NCBI GenBank assembly: GCA_951406725.2
Contig: OX597818.1
Coordinates: 136,896,001 to 136,960,000 of the forward strand
Source of the DNA: Octopus vulgaris
Lineage: Eukaryota
Reading direction: 5' to 3'
Length of the DNA stretch: 64,000 nt
This document shows positions 25,741 to 39,239 of the stretch, piece by piece. The notes beneath the pieces are model-generated. The model made no database searches, was not told where the DNA came from, and saw only the letters and a list, made by a program, of their open reading frames with translations. The first letter of the stretch is position 1, and every line of letters starts with the position of its first letter. Made by a program: the position numbers and the translations under genes.

Positions 25741-25905
25741 TACGACAGGCTTCTTTCAGTTTCCGTCTACCAAATCCACTCACAAGGCATTGGTCGGCCC
25801 GGAGCTATAGCAGAAGACACTTGCCCAAGATGCCACGCAGTGGGACTGAACCCGGAACCATGTGGTTGGTTAGCAAGCTACTTACCACACAGCCACTCCT
25901 GCGCC
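25486..25905 (-). mobile_element. SINE family A
   Basis: Full-length copy. Confidence 0.9.
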
Positions 25906-26191
25906 TATAATAACATTTACTCTACATCATGTGTTGAATATTCTTTACTTTGTGATAATACTTATATTGGCAAACGTAATATAACAATATATATCCACCC
26001 AATAAGCTTCCACATAGAATTTCTGCCAAATTCCACTACCGAAGCTTTAGTCAACTTGAGGATATTGTAGAAGACACTTGCCTGAAGGGCTGCACAGTGA
26101 TCTTGAACCAGGAACCCTGGAGGTGCGGAGAGAACTTCTTGACCACACAACCATGCTTATATGCTTGAATGTAAAAAGAAATATATATATA

Positions 26192-26602
26192 GGCGCAAGA
26201 GTGGCTGTGTGGTAAGTAGCTTGCTAACCAACCACATGGTTCCAGGTTCAGTCCCACTGCATGGCATCTTGGGCAAGTGTCTTCTGCTATAGCCCCAGGC
26301 TGACCAAAGCCTTGTGAGTGGATTTGGTAGACGGAAACTGAAAGAAGCCTGTCGTATATATGTATAAATATATATATATGTGTGTTTGTGTTTCTGTGTT
26401 TGTCCCCCTAGCATTGCTTGACAACCGATGCTGGTGTGTTTACGTCCCCGTCACTTAGCGGTTCGGCAAAAGAAACCGATAGAATAAATACTGGGCTTAC
26501 AAAGAATAAGTCCCGGGGTTGATTTGCTCGACTAAAAAGGCGGTGCTCCAGCATGGCCGCAGTCATATGACTGAAACAAGTAAAAGAGTAAAAGAAAAGA
26601 GT
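26192..26602 (+). mobile_element. SINE family A
   Basis: Full-length copy, inverted relative to 25486-25905. Confidence 0.9.
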
Positions 26603-26977
26603 ATATATTTTTTATTTGTTATCCTCAAAAATTCTTAGAAGGTAAGTGAACTAGGAAGTTAATGATTGGTTATTGGAAATAATTCTGAGACCATTAATTA
26701 TGAGAGAAGGTTCTATTAGGCTTTGTAGATTGGGATTAATTTATTGGTTGATCCAACAGACTGGCTTTAATCCTGATTTGGTAATCACCATGGAACGCTT
26801 GTGAATTGAGGGATAAATATCTTGGTGGACCTACTCGTTTGAATCTATTATTTAGTAATGAGAGAGGTTTCTAGTAGACTGCCCAATTAGGTTGTACATT
26901 ATCTGTTGAGGAACAAACTGTGATTGGGGAGAGAGGGGGCAGAAAGAGGGAGAAAGAGAGTGGGTGGGCTAGTGCTC

Positions 26978-27025
<48 letters not shown>

Positions 27026-27211
27026 AGTGCTCTTGGGAGATGCATAGGGTGAAAGAGAGAGAGAGAAAGACAGATTAAAAACTGGACAGACAGTAGATGG
27101 ATGATAGATAGATGGTGAAATATAGAGCCAGATAAAGACAGTTAATCATGTATTGGGTGAGATAGATACAGAACTATAGTTAGATAAAGTAATTACATGT
27201 GCACTCGTGTG

Positions 27212-27256
<45 letters not shown>

Positions 27257-27534
27257 ACACATACATATACAATGTATATATGTCTGCCTGTTTCTCATTC
27301 TCATACATGGATATGATATGTTGGAGAAAGGCGAAAATGATATTGCACATGAATTCACAAGAACGGTAAATTATTGGGTAATTATTTTAAGGGAATCAAC
27401 TCACATGTTTATTTGTACATAAAGGATTACTGCACACATGAAAGAATATCCAACAGTAGACATGGATGAATAAAAGTATACAAAGATCTGTGCAATTTTC
27501 TCTTGTTTGTTAAGACAAACAGGCACAAAGAAAG

Positions 27535-27718
27535 AAAGATAGCCAGCTAGATAGACAGACAGCTGGATAGCTAGACAGACATATAGGTAGATAGATAGAT
27601 AGACAGATAGATAGCCAGCTAGATAGACAGACAACTGGATAGCTAGACAGACATATAGGTAGATAGATAGATAGACAGATAGATAGCTAGATAGATAGAC
27701 AGACAGATAGATAGATAA
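27535..27718. repeat. (GATA)n/(GACA)n microsatellite with a ~70-bp duplication
   Basis: Direct inspection; abuts the 3' end of the LINE. Confidence 0.85.
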
Positions 27719-27719
27719 G

Positions 27720-29498
27720 TTTCTTTATTAGCCACACAGGGCCGAACACAGACGGGACCTTTTCGAAAACAGAAAAAAATGGAGAAAAATACAATTCCGA
27801 TCAAAGGGGATCGTAAAACAAAAAAACAAACAAAAAAAAAACGATCAAAAGGGATCGTGTATCACAGAAAAATTTTAAAAGTGTAAAAAGCAAGATTAGG
27901 TTTATCCATGGAAAGAAAAGCCTATGGAAAAGACCACAGTAACCTCAGGTAGGGAGGGAATAAACACATGAGAGCAAAGTGCTTTCTCTCTCTCTTTTCA
28001 ATTTACAGGATCATGCTCAAAGTGGTTTTGTCATTCACATGCACCATCTTTGCTACATTCACCCACCTTTTATTGAAACTTTCATGAGACAAAATTTGCC
28101 TCTCAATTCTCACCTTCCTCTTCAAGTGGTGCCTGAAAAAGTTGATGAGCGATTGGCCAGAGAGGAAAGTGTTTGTCTCTAAACTTTTCGCTCAAGTCCA
28201 CCACACACACTCTTTGACCATGGCTACCAGTACGATGAAGACTGCCTTGCTTTCCCGGTTAAGGGAAGGTGGCAGAGCACTTTTCATGATAGACTCAGCT
28301 GACAAGCGAACTCGTCCCACAAGTGACAGCAGCTGTTTGGCATAAGCCTACGGGTCCAAAATGGTTGGATACTGCATGAGTTCATGCAGAACAGTTTCAT
28401 TGCTCTGACTGCATCTTGGGCAAGTTGACCCGGTGTGTCTTGAACTGTGCCTGCAGAGCTTATCCCGAACGGGTAATGCTTCTTGATAGCACTGCCATGC
28501 TAGGGACCTCTGGTGATTGTCCATAGGTCCTGGCCTGAAAGTTGTCCTGAACAGGTGGGTTAGGTGTTCCTCGTTGACGCCCAGACTCTGCCCAAGAACA
28601 TCGTCACACCTCCCCTCCACTAATCCTCTAAAGAACGCCTTTGTGGAATTGAAGTCACACAAGTTTGGTCCCAGACGGCAGAGTTGCTTGAGAGTAAGGC
28701 GGCACTCATAGTGCCATTCGCCTAGCCTCGGTCTCTGTTTGATCCATGACTGCAGTTCGGCCAAAGATGAGCTACGGGTATGTGTGCTGCACAAACGGCG
28801 ACCACACCTGTTCACCATTGTCTGTGAAGCACCGGAGATGTCACAATCTTAGCACATGTCTGCACATGAGCAACCGCAGCATGCCCAGCCCTCCATTTAT
28901 CGGGTGTTGACAGCAAATGGATTGCCTAACCATTGGAACACTTCACTTCCACAAAAAGTGGAAGAGTATGCATTCCAGGTTGGTGATGGCAGGGTCAGGA
29001 CAAGGCATGACAGTCAGATGGTAATCGATGAAGGATGTGATGTACGTGTTTGCCACCTCCACCTGACTGTTTAAGGATAGCTTCCTCTCGGCCCATTGCT
29101 GGGTGAGAGTGGCCAACCTACTCATTATCTCACCCCAGTTCTTCTCCATTTGGAGGTCTGGACTGAACCAGACTCTGAGCAATTTAACTGGTCCATTGGT
29201 CCAGCATCCCACGATGGAGACGCTGTAGGACGGCATGGGCTTGCTCCTCCAGGTATCGAGTTGCAAGCCCACTGACTTTTCCCAGTTAATTTTTGCTGCT
29301 GTTACCACTTTGCATTCTTTTAGTGTCTTGCCGACCAGGTCGATATGCCTGTGGCTTGACATTATCATGGTGATGGTGTCCACGTATGCAGACATGTTCT
29401 TCCCACATTCCAGCTCTCGTGGGATGCCCCTCAGCATCGCCAGCTTCCACCATAGTGGCTTTAGAGTCAATATGTACAGAAGCGATGAGAATGGGGCC
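27720..29498 (-). mobile_element. Tx1/L1-clade LINE, 5'-truncated pseudogene
   Basis: RT remnants (S.LLYIL.L.PL, SAYVDTIT for AYADD, AKIN..KS, ER.LSL) in ORF 28943-29500; zinc-knuckle CPRC....ETVLH in ORF 28348-28818; 3' UTR ending AATAAAGAAA. Confidence 0.85.
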
Positions 29499-29667
29499 AT
29501 TTGGTGTTTGTGTTAATGCTTTTGTTTTGGTTTCGGGAGTGGCAAACCGCCCTGCTTTGTTCGGAGCATTGGTACATACAAAGAATGATTAAACCCACCA
29601 CATTATGTAGAAGGAATGCTGGGAAATATTCTAGTTTCACTCACACACACACACACTATGTGTGTGT

Positions 29668-29962
29668 CATCATCATTATCATCATCATCATTTAACGTCC
29701 GCTTTCCATGCTAGCATGGGTTGGACGGTTCAACTGGGGTCTGGGGAGCCCGAAGGCTGCACCAGGCCAGTCAGATCTGGCAGTGTTTCTACAGCTGGAT
29801 GCCCTTCCTAACGCCAACCACTCCGAGAGTGTAGTGGGTGATTTTATGTGCCACCGACACAGGTGCCAGACGAGGCTGGCGAACGGCCACGCTCGGATGG
29901 TGTTTTTATGTGCCACCGACACAGGTGCCAGACGAGGCTGGCAAACGGCCAGGCTGGCGAAC
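29668..29962 (-). mobile_element. Family D element
   Basis: Reverse complement of 20919-21186. Confidence 0.8.
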
Positions 29963-29989
29963 GAACATATATACATATATGTGTATTTA

Positions 29990-30305
29990 AGGTGTGTAGC
30001 TTAGTGATTAGGGTATTCAATTTATGATCGTAAGGTCGTGAGTTCAATTTCTGGCAGTGCATGTTGTCCTTGAGCAAGACACTTTATTTTTATGTTGCTC
30101 CAGTCCACTCAGCTGGCAAAAATGAATTGTACCTGTAATTCAAAAGGGCCAGCTTTGTCACAGCGTGTCACATTGAATCTTCCCGAGAACTATGTTAAGG
30201 GTACATGTGTCTGTGGAGTGCTCAGCCACTTGCATGTAAATTTCATGAGCAGGCTGTTCCATTGACTGGATCAACTGGAACCCTCATCATTATAACCATT
30301 AGAGT
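29990..30305 (+). mobile_element. SINE with family H head/core and family B tail type 1
   Basis: GTCCTTGAGCAAGACACTTTA core followed by the GAGAACTA.GTTAAGGGTAC..GTGTCTGTGGAGTGCTCAGCCACTT tail; also at ~33375-33640 (-). Confidence 0.75.
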
Positions 30306-30435
30306 GTCAGTATTCACGCACATGCGCGCGTGTGTGTGTGTGTGCATAAAAACATTAGATCATCACATGGAAACAGAAAGAATAGTTGAATTGTGAGAAG
30401 GGGAAAATGAAAGTTGTTAAGTATTATATCTAAGA

Positions 30436-30821
30436 CTAGCAGTATCGCCCGGCGTTGCTCGGGTTTGTAAGGGAAATAACTATATAAGTATTTTTAGAGA
30501 GTTATAGCCAAAAAATAGCAAAAAAATGCATTAAAAATGGAAAAAAAATCGTTTACATCGTTGACTCATCATAGACATTTTTAGAGAGTTACTTCCCTTA
30601 TATAATAGCGAAAAAATGCATTAAAATGGAAAAGAATTATGGTAATTTTTTTTTTTTTATCGTAGACTCATCGTAGACGTGCGCTAATACCCAGAAGGGC
30701 TCGATATGAATCACGACTATAAGATACCCAGCTTTGGTTAAACTGCACCTCAAAATGTGGGAGTAGTTAGGAATCTAAATCGTAGGAGACAGACACACAA
30801 CTTGACTTTTATATATAAAGA
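30436..30821 (-). mobile_element. Non-autonomous Helitron
   Basis: TC...CTAG termini, hairpin cccgagcaacgccggg, A|T target. Confidence 0.88.
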
Positions 30822-32312
30822 TGATACAGCTAGATAAACTGCATAAATATTTAGGGTATTGAGAACTGGGTATGTGTGTGATCAGATAAAACAGGGAAGT
30901 ATTTTGATAACATGAGACTGAGAAACTCAAACATAACAACCCAAAGACAGCAGATTATACACAATAAAGACATAACAGAAACGGATAAAACAATTAAACA
31001 GGCTTTCTAATAATCCTTGATTGAATGAGAAGAGGGTTGTATCCATAGACTTTAAAGTGGTGAGATAATTAAGAAAGGAATAGATTCATGGCAAGCTAAT
31101 GCAAAATTGTGCAAAGGAAATATAATCCAAAAGATTAATCCATTAGCAGAATTAGTATTACTTGTTGAATTGCTATCAAACTGATGAATTGCTACCAAAA
31201 TGTCTTGTGACATTTCGTTACAGCGACTTTCCTTCTGAGCTCAAATCCTGAGTTCAAACACATTGCATAATGAAGAGTTGATCAATGTTGAAATACCTTT
31301 AATTATATGTCTAGATAAAATCTAACCTGGGGATCAACAACAACAACAACAACAGCAACAACAACAAAAACAACCCATTCCTCGAAGTCAATAGAACTGA
31401 TCACCCATTACAGGTCAATCAAATGTGTTTAGAATCAATATTTTTTAATATTTTATTCTAACCTATATATGGTGCCAGATGATCAATGATACCTCATTTG
31501 GGGCCTTGTTACGATATTGTTCTCACGATGATCAATAATTATTAGTATCAATTAAGATAACGAGGACTTATAATTTCAGGTCTCATGAAATAGTTTTGTA
31601 CTTAACTGACATCACATCAATACTGTTGGTACACCTGGCTGTGTGTGTGTGTGATGATATATATATGTGTGTGTGTGTGTGTATAACTAGTTGTCTAAAA
31701 ATCCATAACTCAGAAAAACTGGCCCCCATATGTTAGTTAATGGAGTAGTTACTATCACTATTATTATGGTAATTAGGTAGCAATAATTAGCTGGCAGATT
31801 TGTTACCACACAGGGCAAAACGTTTAGCAGTAATTCATTTGCCACTATGTTCTGAGTTCAAGTTCTGCCGACGTCAACTTTGCCTTTCATCCTTTTGATA
31901 AACTAAGTACCAGTTAAGTCCTGGGGTCGATGCAATTGACTTAGCCTCCTCCCTCGAAATTGCTGGCCTTGTGCCAAACTTTGAAACCGTTATCATTTTT
32001 GTTTGAGCAACCTACTCATTGTATTAGTTAGTGAACAAGTAGCAGAGTATTCCACAGACATATGTACTTATAATGTAATCCTAAACCATAATCAGTGTTA
32101 CACAATGAGTGACAAAGTGACCTTTAATTATCTAGGTAGAAGCCTCAATAAGATGAATTGCACAAGGTTCTGTCCATCTAATTTCATTCAAATAGCTTGG
32201 GTTTACCTGAGGCTATGGTAAAATAGCTCTTATGGTATTGAACCCAAGACCTCATGATTACAAATCAAGCTTTTTCACTACTCAGCTGTATCTGAGCCCA
32301 TTGTTACCATTG

Positions 32313-32706
32313 TCTTTACTCTTTTATTTGTTTCAGTCATTTGACTGCGGCCATGCTGGAGCACCGCCTTTAGTCGAGCAAATCAACCCCAGGACTTATT
32401 CTTTGTAAGCCTAATACTTATTCTATCGGTCTCTCTTGCCAAACAGCTAAGTGATGAGGACGTAAACACACCAGCATTGGTTGTCAAGTAATGTTGGGGG
32501 GACAAACACAGGCACACACACACACACACACATATATATAGAAGATGGGTTTCTTTCAGTTTCCATCTACCAAATCCACTCACAAAGGCTTTGGTTGGCC
32601 CGAGGCTATAGTAGAAGACACTTGTCCAAGGTGCCACGCAGTGGGACTGAACCCGGAACCATGTAGTTGGTAAGCAAGCTACTTACCACACAGCCACTCC
32701 TGCGCC
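32313..32706 (-). mobile_element. SINE family A
   Basis: Full-length copy. Confidence 0.88.
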
Positions 32707-34286
32707 TATGTATAGCTTTAATACAGACACAATAGAATATAACCGAGATCAATAATTCAATACACGCAGCAATGAAGAAACAACAAAGCGAGGATTTTCC
32801 GCATGAGTGATTTAGAATTTCAGAAACCAATTTAAAATTATTAACACTACAACAACAGTATGGTTTTCATTTATCTGTCATTAGTTGATAGACAACTACT
32901 GCATGTTAGTAGTTGTGTGTGTTTACTGACTATGTAATTAACAAAACAATTTCAGTTAATTAAAATCACCTTTGCAGTCAGGAGTGTGTGCGGCCAGCAG
33001 AACAGAATAGTGTTTGTATACTCCTTGAGATAACTATTTGGTTGTTGGTAAGACAGCATAATAGTTATACAATATTTTATGAAATATAAATAGCAGTTGT
33101 CCCAGAAGGCCAGTTTTGGTCAAAGCAGACTTAATGCATATGTACATAATTTATAATGGATATTCACACATAAAATGGTGTTAGCTGTAAGATTTCATCT
33201 GAGAGTGATATAAAAATCGTTATTTTAACCTAGTGTTGTTTGGAAGATATATATATATATATCAATATAACTTAAACCTTGTTGTCCTTTGTCCAAATAT
33301 GCAAATGTTTTTGTTTGCTATTTTCTATGAAGAGATAAATTCTGACTGAGAAGGACTGGAGGTGTCTAACACTGACTGTCGGTTACAACGATGAGGGTTC
33401 CAGCTGATCTGATCAATGGAAGAAACTGAGAACTCCACCCTTAACATAGTTCTCAGGGAGATTCAGAATGACACAGAATGTGACAAGATTGGCCCTTTGA
33501 AATACAGGCACTACTCATTTTTGCTAGTTGAATGGACTGGAACAAAGTGAAATAAAATGCCTTGCTGAAGGAAACAACATGCCGCCAGGAATCAAACTCA
33601 TGGCCTTTACAATCATGAGCCAAATACCCTATCCACACTAAGAAGGCAAAATTAAGCCAAAACACCAGTGTTTGATGGTCTACTGATGTCTTTCTGAGTG
33701 AACAGTGTTTTTAACACACAAAGTCTCTTTGGAGTATCTTCCTTGAGACAAAATCTTACATCATTATTTTAATATAAAGCACTTTCAAAAGTATACACGT
33801 ATGTTTTTACACACACCAGTAACAAGCATACTATATATACATATATATATCATCATATCATCAACATATTAACATCTATTTACAGGGGTCAGATAGAATC
33901 CATTGACGCAGATTTTCTATGTATGAATGCCCATTCTGTTGCCAATCCTCACCTGTTTCCAAGAAAGGTAATATTTTCCCATGACCAGACATGTTTTCAT
34001 GGAAGATTGGAAATGATTGACAGATTGTGTGATGTTCATTTACAACTCTCATGCAATGTCAACATAAAGTAATACAAACACACATTCACATTTAAATACA
34101 TGATAGGCTTCATTCAGTTTCTGTCTATCAATGCCACTCAGAAGAATTTGATTGGCCCAGGGCCAAGACACCTATCCAAAAAGCTACACAGTAATATTGA
34201 ACCTGACAATGAGGTTGAGAAACAAACTTCTTACCCAAACAATCTTGCTTATGTCTAACCATGCACAATGTACATATAGTACAATG

Positions 34287-34712
34287 AGCGGTGAGCTGGC
34301 AGAGACGTTAGCACGCCGGGCGAAATGCGTAGCAGTATTTCGTCTGCCGTTAAGTTCTGAGTTCAAATTCCGTCCAGGTCGACTTTGCCTTTCATCCTTT
34401 CGGGGTCGATAAATTAAGTACTAGTTATGCATTGGGGTCAATATATATTTCTTTACTACCCACAAGGGGCTAAACATAGAGGGGACAAACAAGGACAGAC
34501 AAACGGATTATGTCGATTATATCGACTCCAGTGCGTAACTGGTACTTAATTTATCGACCCTGAAAGGATGAAAGGCAAAGTCGACCTCGGTGGAATTTGA
34601 ACTCAGAACGTAACGGCAGACGAAATACGGCTACGCATTTCACCCGACTTAATCCGTTTGTCTGTACTTGTTTGTCCCCTCTGTGTTTGGTCCTTTGTGG
34701 GTAGTAAAGAAA
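34287..34712 (+). mobile_element. SINE family C with a second family C copy nested in the opposite orientation (~34445-34645)
   Basis: 16-bp TSD tacatatagtacaatg at 34271-34286 and 34713-34728. Confidence 0.85.
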
Positions 34713-34815
34713 TACATATAGTACAATGGTCACTGATTCCAGCCAGTGGGCTATGGCTATAATAGGGAACTGCATTTCAAAGCAACAACAGGTCCATTGT
34801 AAAAATCCAAATATA

Positions 34816-35692
34816 TGAGGTTTGATCAAAAAATAATCAGACTGTTGTTATAGTAACAAAGCTAAAGCACGCAGAGTGAAGCTACTTGGCACAGATTGAC
34901 CTTGGGCTCCGCTGTGCATGCACACTAAGTTTTAACACTCTAGTTCACTTCCCTTGTTTACAGCAGTGCTTGGAAGGAACGTGTGTAGCGTGTGATCATC
35001 GCATTGACCATGACAGACAAAACTGTCATGGTTGATACCTGCCCAGAGGCAGATGCAAAGTTGCAGAAAGTGTATGGTGCGCAGTGTATGAGCTACACAC
35101 AAGTGTACGGGTGGTTTAGACATTTCCAAGATGGCTGAAAAAATGTCGATAGTGATGAACGTTCTGGGAGACCTGCAACCAGCAGGACTGAGAAAAAAAC
35201 ATTGCCGATGAGCATGCAGCTGTGAGGAGAAATCATCGAATCACCAAGCATGAGATATCTGAGGATGTGCAGATTTGTTATGGTTCAATGCAGTCCATTA
35301 TCATTGAAGATTTGGACCTGCCAAGTTTGTGCCAAAACTGCTTTCAGCTGACCAAAAAGACACTCGGGTTTCAGTTGCACAAGATTTCCTTGATTGTGTC
35401 GAGAATGATGAAAACTTTTTGAAAACTTTGCATAAGTCTCTGAGCAGGTATCACCAAGCTTTTGGCAAAATTTGATGCAGATTCTCTACTCAACTTTCCC
35501 TGTCATAGTCAATACGATGATCACATGCTACACATGTTCCTTCCAAGCAGTGCTGTAAACAGAAATGAGTTAGAAAACTTAGTGTGCATGCAATGCAGAG
35601 TTCAAGGGTCAATCTGTGCCAAGTGGTTTCACTCTGCATGCTTTAGCTTCATTACTATGGCAACAGTCCGGATACTTATTGATCAGATATTG
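34816..35692 (+). mobile_element. Decayed mariner element with very long inverted ends
   Basis: TA flanks; more than 200 bp of inverted homology; transposase remnants VYGWF..F..G...V.SDERSGRP and RITKHEISEDVQI.YGS..SII.EDL. Confidence 0.85.
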
Positions 35693-36507
35693 TATGTATA
35701 CATATATATATATTTATAAAAATTCATATGTATATATATATATGTGTGTAAATTAAAATGTCCAAATAATTATATATGTATGTGAGTGTATGTGTAAGTA
35801 TGTTTGTGTGTGTGTGTGTGTGTATATATATACACACACATCTTGTTTTACATTCATTTTTGAATATACAATCATGCATCCACACACACACACCTTTTTA
35901 TTGCTAATTAGAAAGGTCTTTTTTTCTCTATTATATTTTGCTATGTCAGGTGGATATAAATATAGGTATATAACTATACATGTATGCATATCTATAGGTG
36001 TTTTCACTTAATACATGTAGGTGTGTGTGTGTGAACATGTGCATACTAAGATATAAGTATGTTCACATATAAGCATACATGTGTATATATGTGAAATACC
36101 ATCACCCTTAAAGAATACACATACATCGCACGTGCCTGAATGGCCATGCCATTTCTCATGCATTTGGTAAGGAAATTAGAATTTGACTCCCATTTGCATC
36201 CATTACCCACACCTGACATATAAACAAAATAGAAAAAAAATCCCTTTCTAATTAGAAATAAAAAGGTGTGTGTGTGTGTGTGTGAGTGCATGTGGTTGAT
36301 TGTATATATAAAAATGAATATACAATGATGATGGTGAGTGTGACTGCATGCATGTGTATATGCATGTGTATACATGCATACACACACATGCATGCACACA
36401 CATGGATGCACACACATAAATTCATTTATGCATACATACAATGTATATACATACATATATATATATAAACTCATACACACATATGTATAAATGCAATATA
36501 TGTATCA

Positions 36508-36582
<75 letters not shown>

Positions 36583-36854
36583 CACTTACAATAATACAGA
36601 TTTCATATATATGTATGTATCTATATATGTATGATTGAGTATGGATATGTACGTATATATATATATATTTATATATGTGTGTGTGTGTGCATTTATGTGT
36701 GTGTGTAAATATATATTAAATGTATACATACATCCAAATACACACACACACGCACATACACACACTCATTCATTCATACAAGAGGAGATTAGTAAATCCT
36801 TTCTCGTCATGACCAGAATGAGTCATTTCAACACAGACCAGATATATGACTTTT

Positions 36855-36897
<43 letters not shown>

Positions 36898-37380
36898 TTC
36901 CTTCTTTCTTTCTGAACAAAACAGTGGAATCAATAATCTATTGATTAGACGCAGTTCAATACTCTATGTAGAAATCAATGTAGATCTAATAACTGGCTAG
37001 TTTGGTACAAGAACTTTACCTAATCATTGAACTGATGTGAAAGAATGAAAGAATGAAAGAAAGAATGAAAGACAGAGCAGGAGAAAAGGACAAGAGCAAA
37101 CAACATCAGCAACAATACTGTGTGTGTATGCACATGTGTGTATATATGCATACATATACACACACACAGATCCATATACACTTTATGTATAAGGTGCATG
37201 TGTATGAGTAGACAGTTGTAGCTGAGTTCAACAAAAGGTGAGACCGAAAAAAGATGTTTTGTTTCACCTGAGAACACGTTCTAAGTGCCTTTACTATGGC
37301 TCTTTGAATAAGGTAACCCTGGAATGTATTCTGCATACACATCCATCTACACATATAAATACATTTTATACAATGTGTTG

Positions 37381-37414
<34 letters not shown>

Positions 37415-37634
37415 TGCCATGTTGGGTCCCTTAACTCTACACAGTTTTTCTCTCACCATTTTTTCTTTCTATCTCCATTTTTACCTCTTATTCCTTTCTG
37501 ACAAAGAGCATAGGCTCAAAACATAAAAGACTTTTCTATTTTTCCTAAGTATTAAACTAATACACCTGCTTGTTGTTCCTAAACTTGTCCTCATATTTTG
37601 TTTTTTTTTGTAAATTTGAACTATATATATGTAT

Positions 37635-38030
37635 TACTCTTTACTCTTTTATTTGTTTCAGTCATTTAACTGTGGCCATGCTGGAGCACCACCTTTAGTT
37701 GATCAAATCGACCCCAGGACTTATTCTTTGTAAGCCTAGTACTTATTCTATCGGTCTCTTTTGCCAAACTGCTAAGTTACAGGGATGTAAACACACCAGC
37801 ATCGGTTGTCAAGTGATGTTGGGGGGACAAACACAAACACACACATACTTATATATACACATAAATATGACAGGCTTCTTTCAGTTTCTGTCTACCAAAT
37901 CCACTCACAAGGCTTTGGTCAGCCTGAAGCTATAGTAGAAGACACTTGCCCAAGGTGCCACGCAGTGGGACTGAACCCGGAACTATGTGGTTCGTAAGTA
38001 AGCTACTAACCACACAGCCACTCCTACGCC
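37635..38030 (-). mobile_element. SINE family A
   Basis: Full-length copy. Confidence 0.88.
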
Positions 38031-38324
38031 TATATATATATATATATAAATAAAAGTGCAATTCTGACTGTCCGGGACCCCTGTATCTCAGTCAACATTT
38101 GCTCTCTGTATATTTGAAAGTCTATGAGAATTACTTAATACAATTTTTGAAGAGTAAAGGTGATTTTTTTTAAAAAGAATTATCTAAAAAAAAAAATGTT
38201 ATGAAATCTTTTATGAGGATGTTACTAACCTTTTGGGAAGAAGTTTTTTTTCAAGAGTGTGAGTGCTTTCGTTTAACCTTTTCAAACATGTGCTATACAT
38301 ATATATAATTATATATTGAGAGAG

Positions 38325-38660
38325 AGACCCCCTTCAGTCATGACTGGCCGTGGGATTGCACCTAGAAAGTTACCCTCCCAGACACAAGTCAGGGCAAGGT
38401 TGTTTATGGAAGACCAGTAGTTGCCCATGCATACCGGCCTCCCCTCTCCACGCCACCAGTGTTATCCAAGGGAAAGGCAAAGGCCGATACAGCTTGGTAC
38501 CCGTGACATCACAACTCATTTCTACAGCTGAGTGAACTGGAGCAACGTGAAATAAAGTGCCTTGCTCAAGAATACAACATGCAGCCCGGTCCGGGATTCG
38601 AACTCACAACCTCACGATAGTAAGCTCGACGCTCTAACCACTGAGACATGCACCTTCACA
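38325..38660 (-). mobile_element. tRNA-derived SINE family H
   Basis: tRNA-like head (CAGTGGTTAGAGCG...GTTCGAATCCC), TCTTGAGCAAGGCACTTTA core; second copy at 56230-56570. Confidence 0.85.
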
Positions 38661-39239
38661 ATTATATATACAAGCAGATTATCATATAGATGTATATGTG
38701 TGTGAGTAGTCCCCACCATTACTTGACGATTGCTGATGGTTTGTTTACATCCACCATGACTAAGCGGTTCAGCAAAAAAGACCAATAAAATAAATACTAA
38801 ACTAAATGCTAAGTACTGGAGAAATAAGTTGTTTAACTAAACCTTTAACTAGTACCCCAGCATGGCCGCAGTCCAATGATTAAAATCGGTGAAGTAAGAA
38901 GAGAGAGTGATGGTAGTGGTGGTGGTGGGGTGGGGGTGAGGACAGAGGAGAAAATAAAGAACGAGAGACGTAATTTGTGAATAAGATCAGTTTAACGAAC
39001 ATCACTGACATTTCATCTGAGGCATTGTAAAAGGACAGAAACCATTTACGGAAGTTAATAGAATCTTAATGATTCCACAGAGCAAAGCATCGGGTGGGGA
39101 GAAGGGAGACAGAGCTTCATTTATCTATATATGTCTGTACATGCGTGTATGTGCATATGTGTATGGATAAATGTGACACACGCATACATACAAACACGTA
39201 ATATAGTATAGTGTGTGTGTGTATATGTATGTGTGAGTG

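Noticed and set aside
25647-26414. Recurrent ORFs such as ...RQASFSFRLPNPLTRHWSARGYSRRHLPKMPRSGTEPGTMWLVSKLLTTQPLLRL and ...FLQLDALPNANHS...
   Set aside because: Antisense translations of SINE A and family D; they recur because the repeats recur.
27300-27370. Peptide GYDMLEKGEND resembling the SelJ DMLEK motif
   Set aside because: On the wrong strand for the gene, no acceptor site, and flanking residues do not match.
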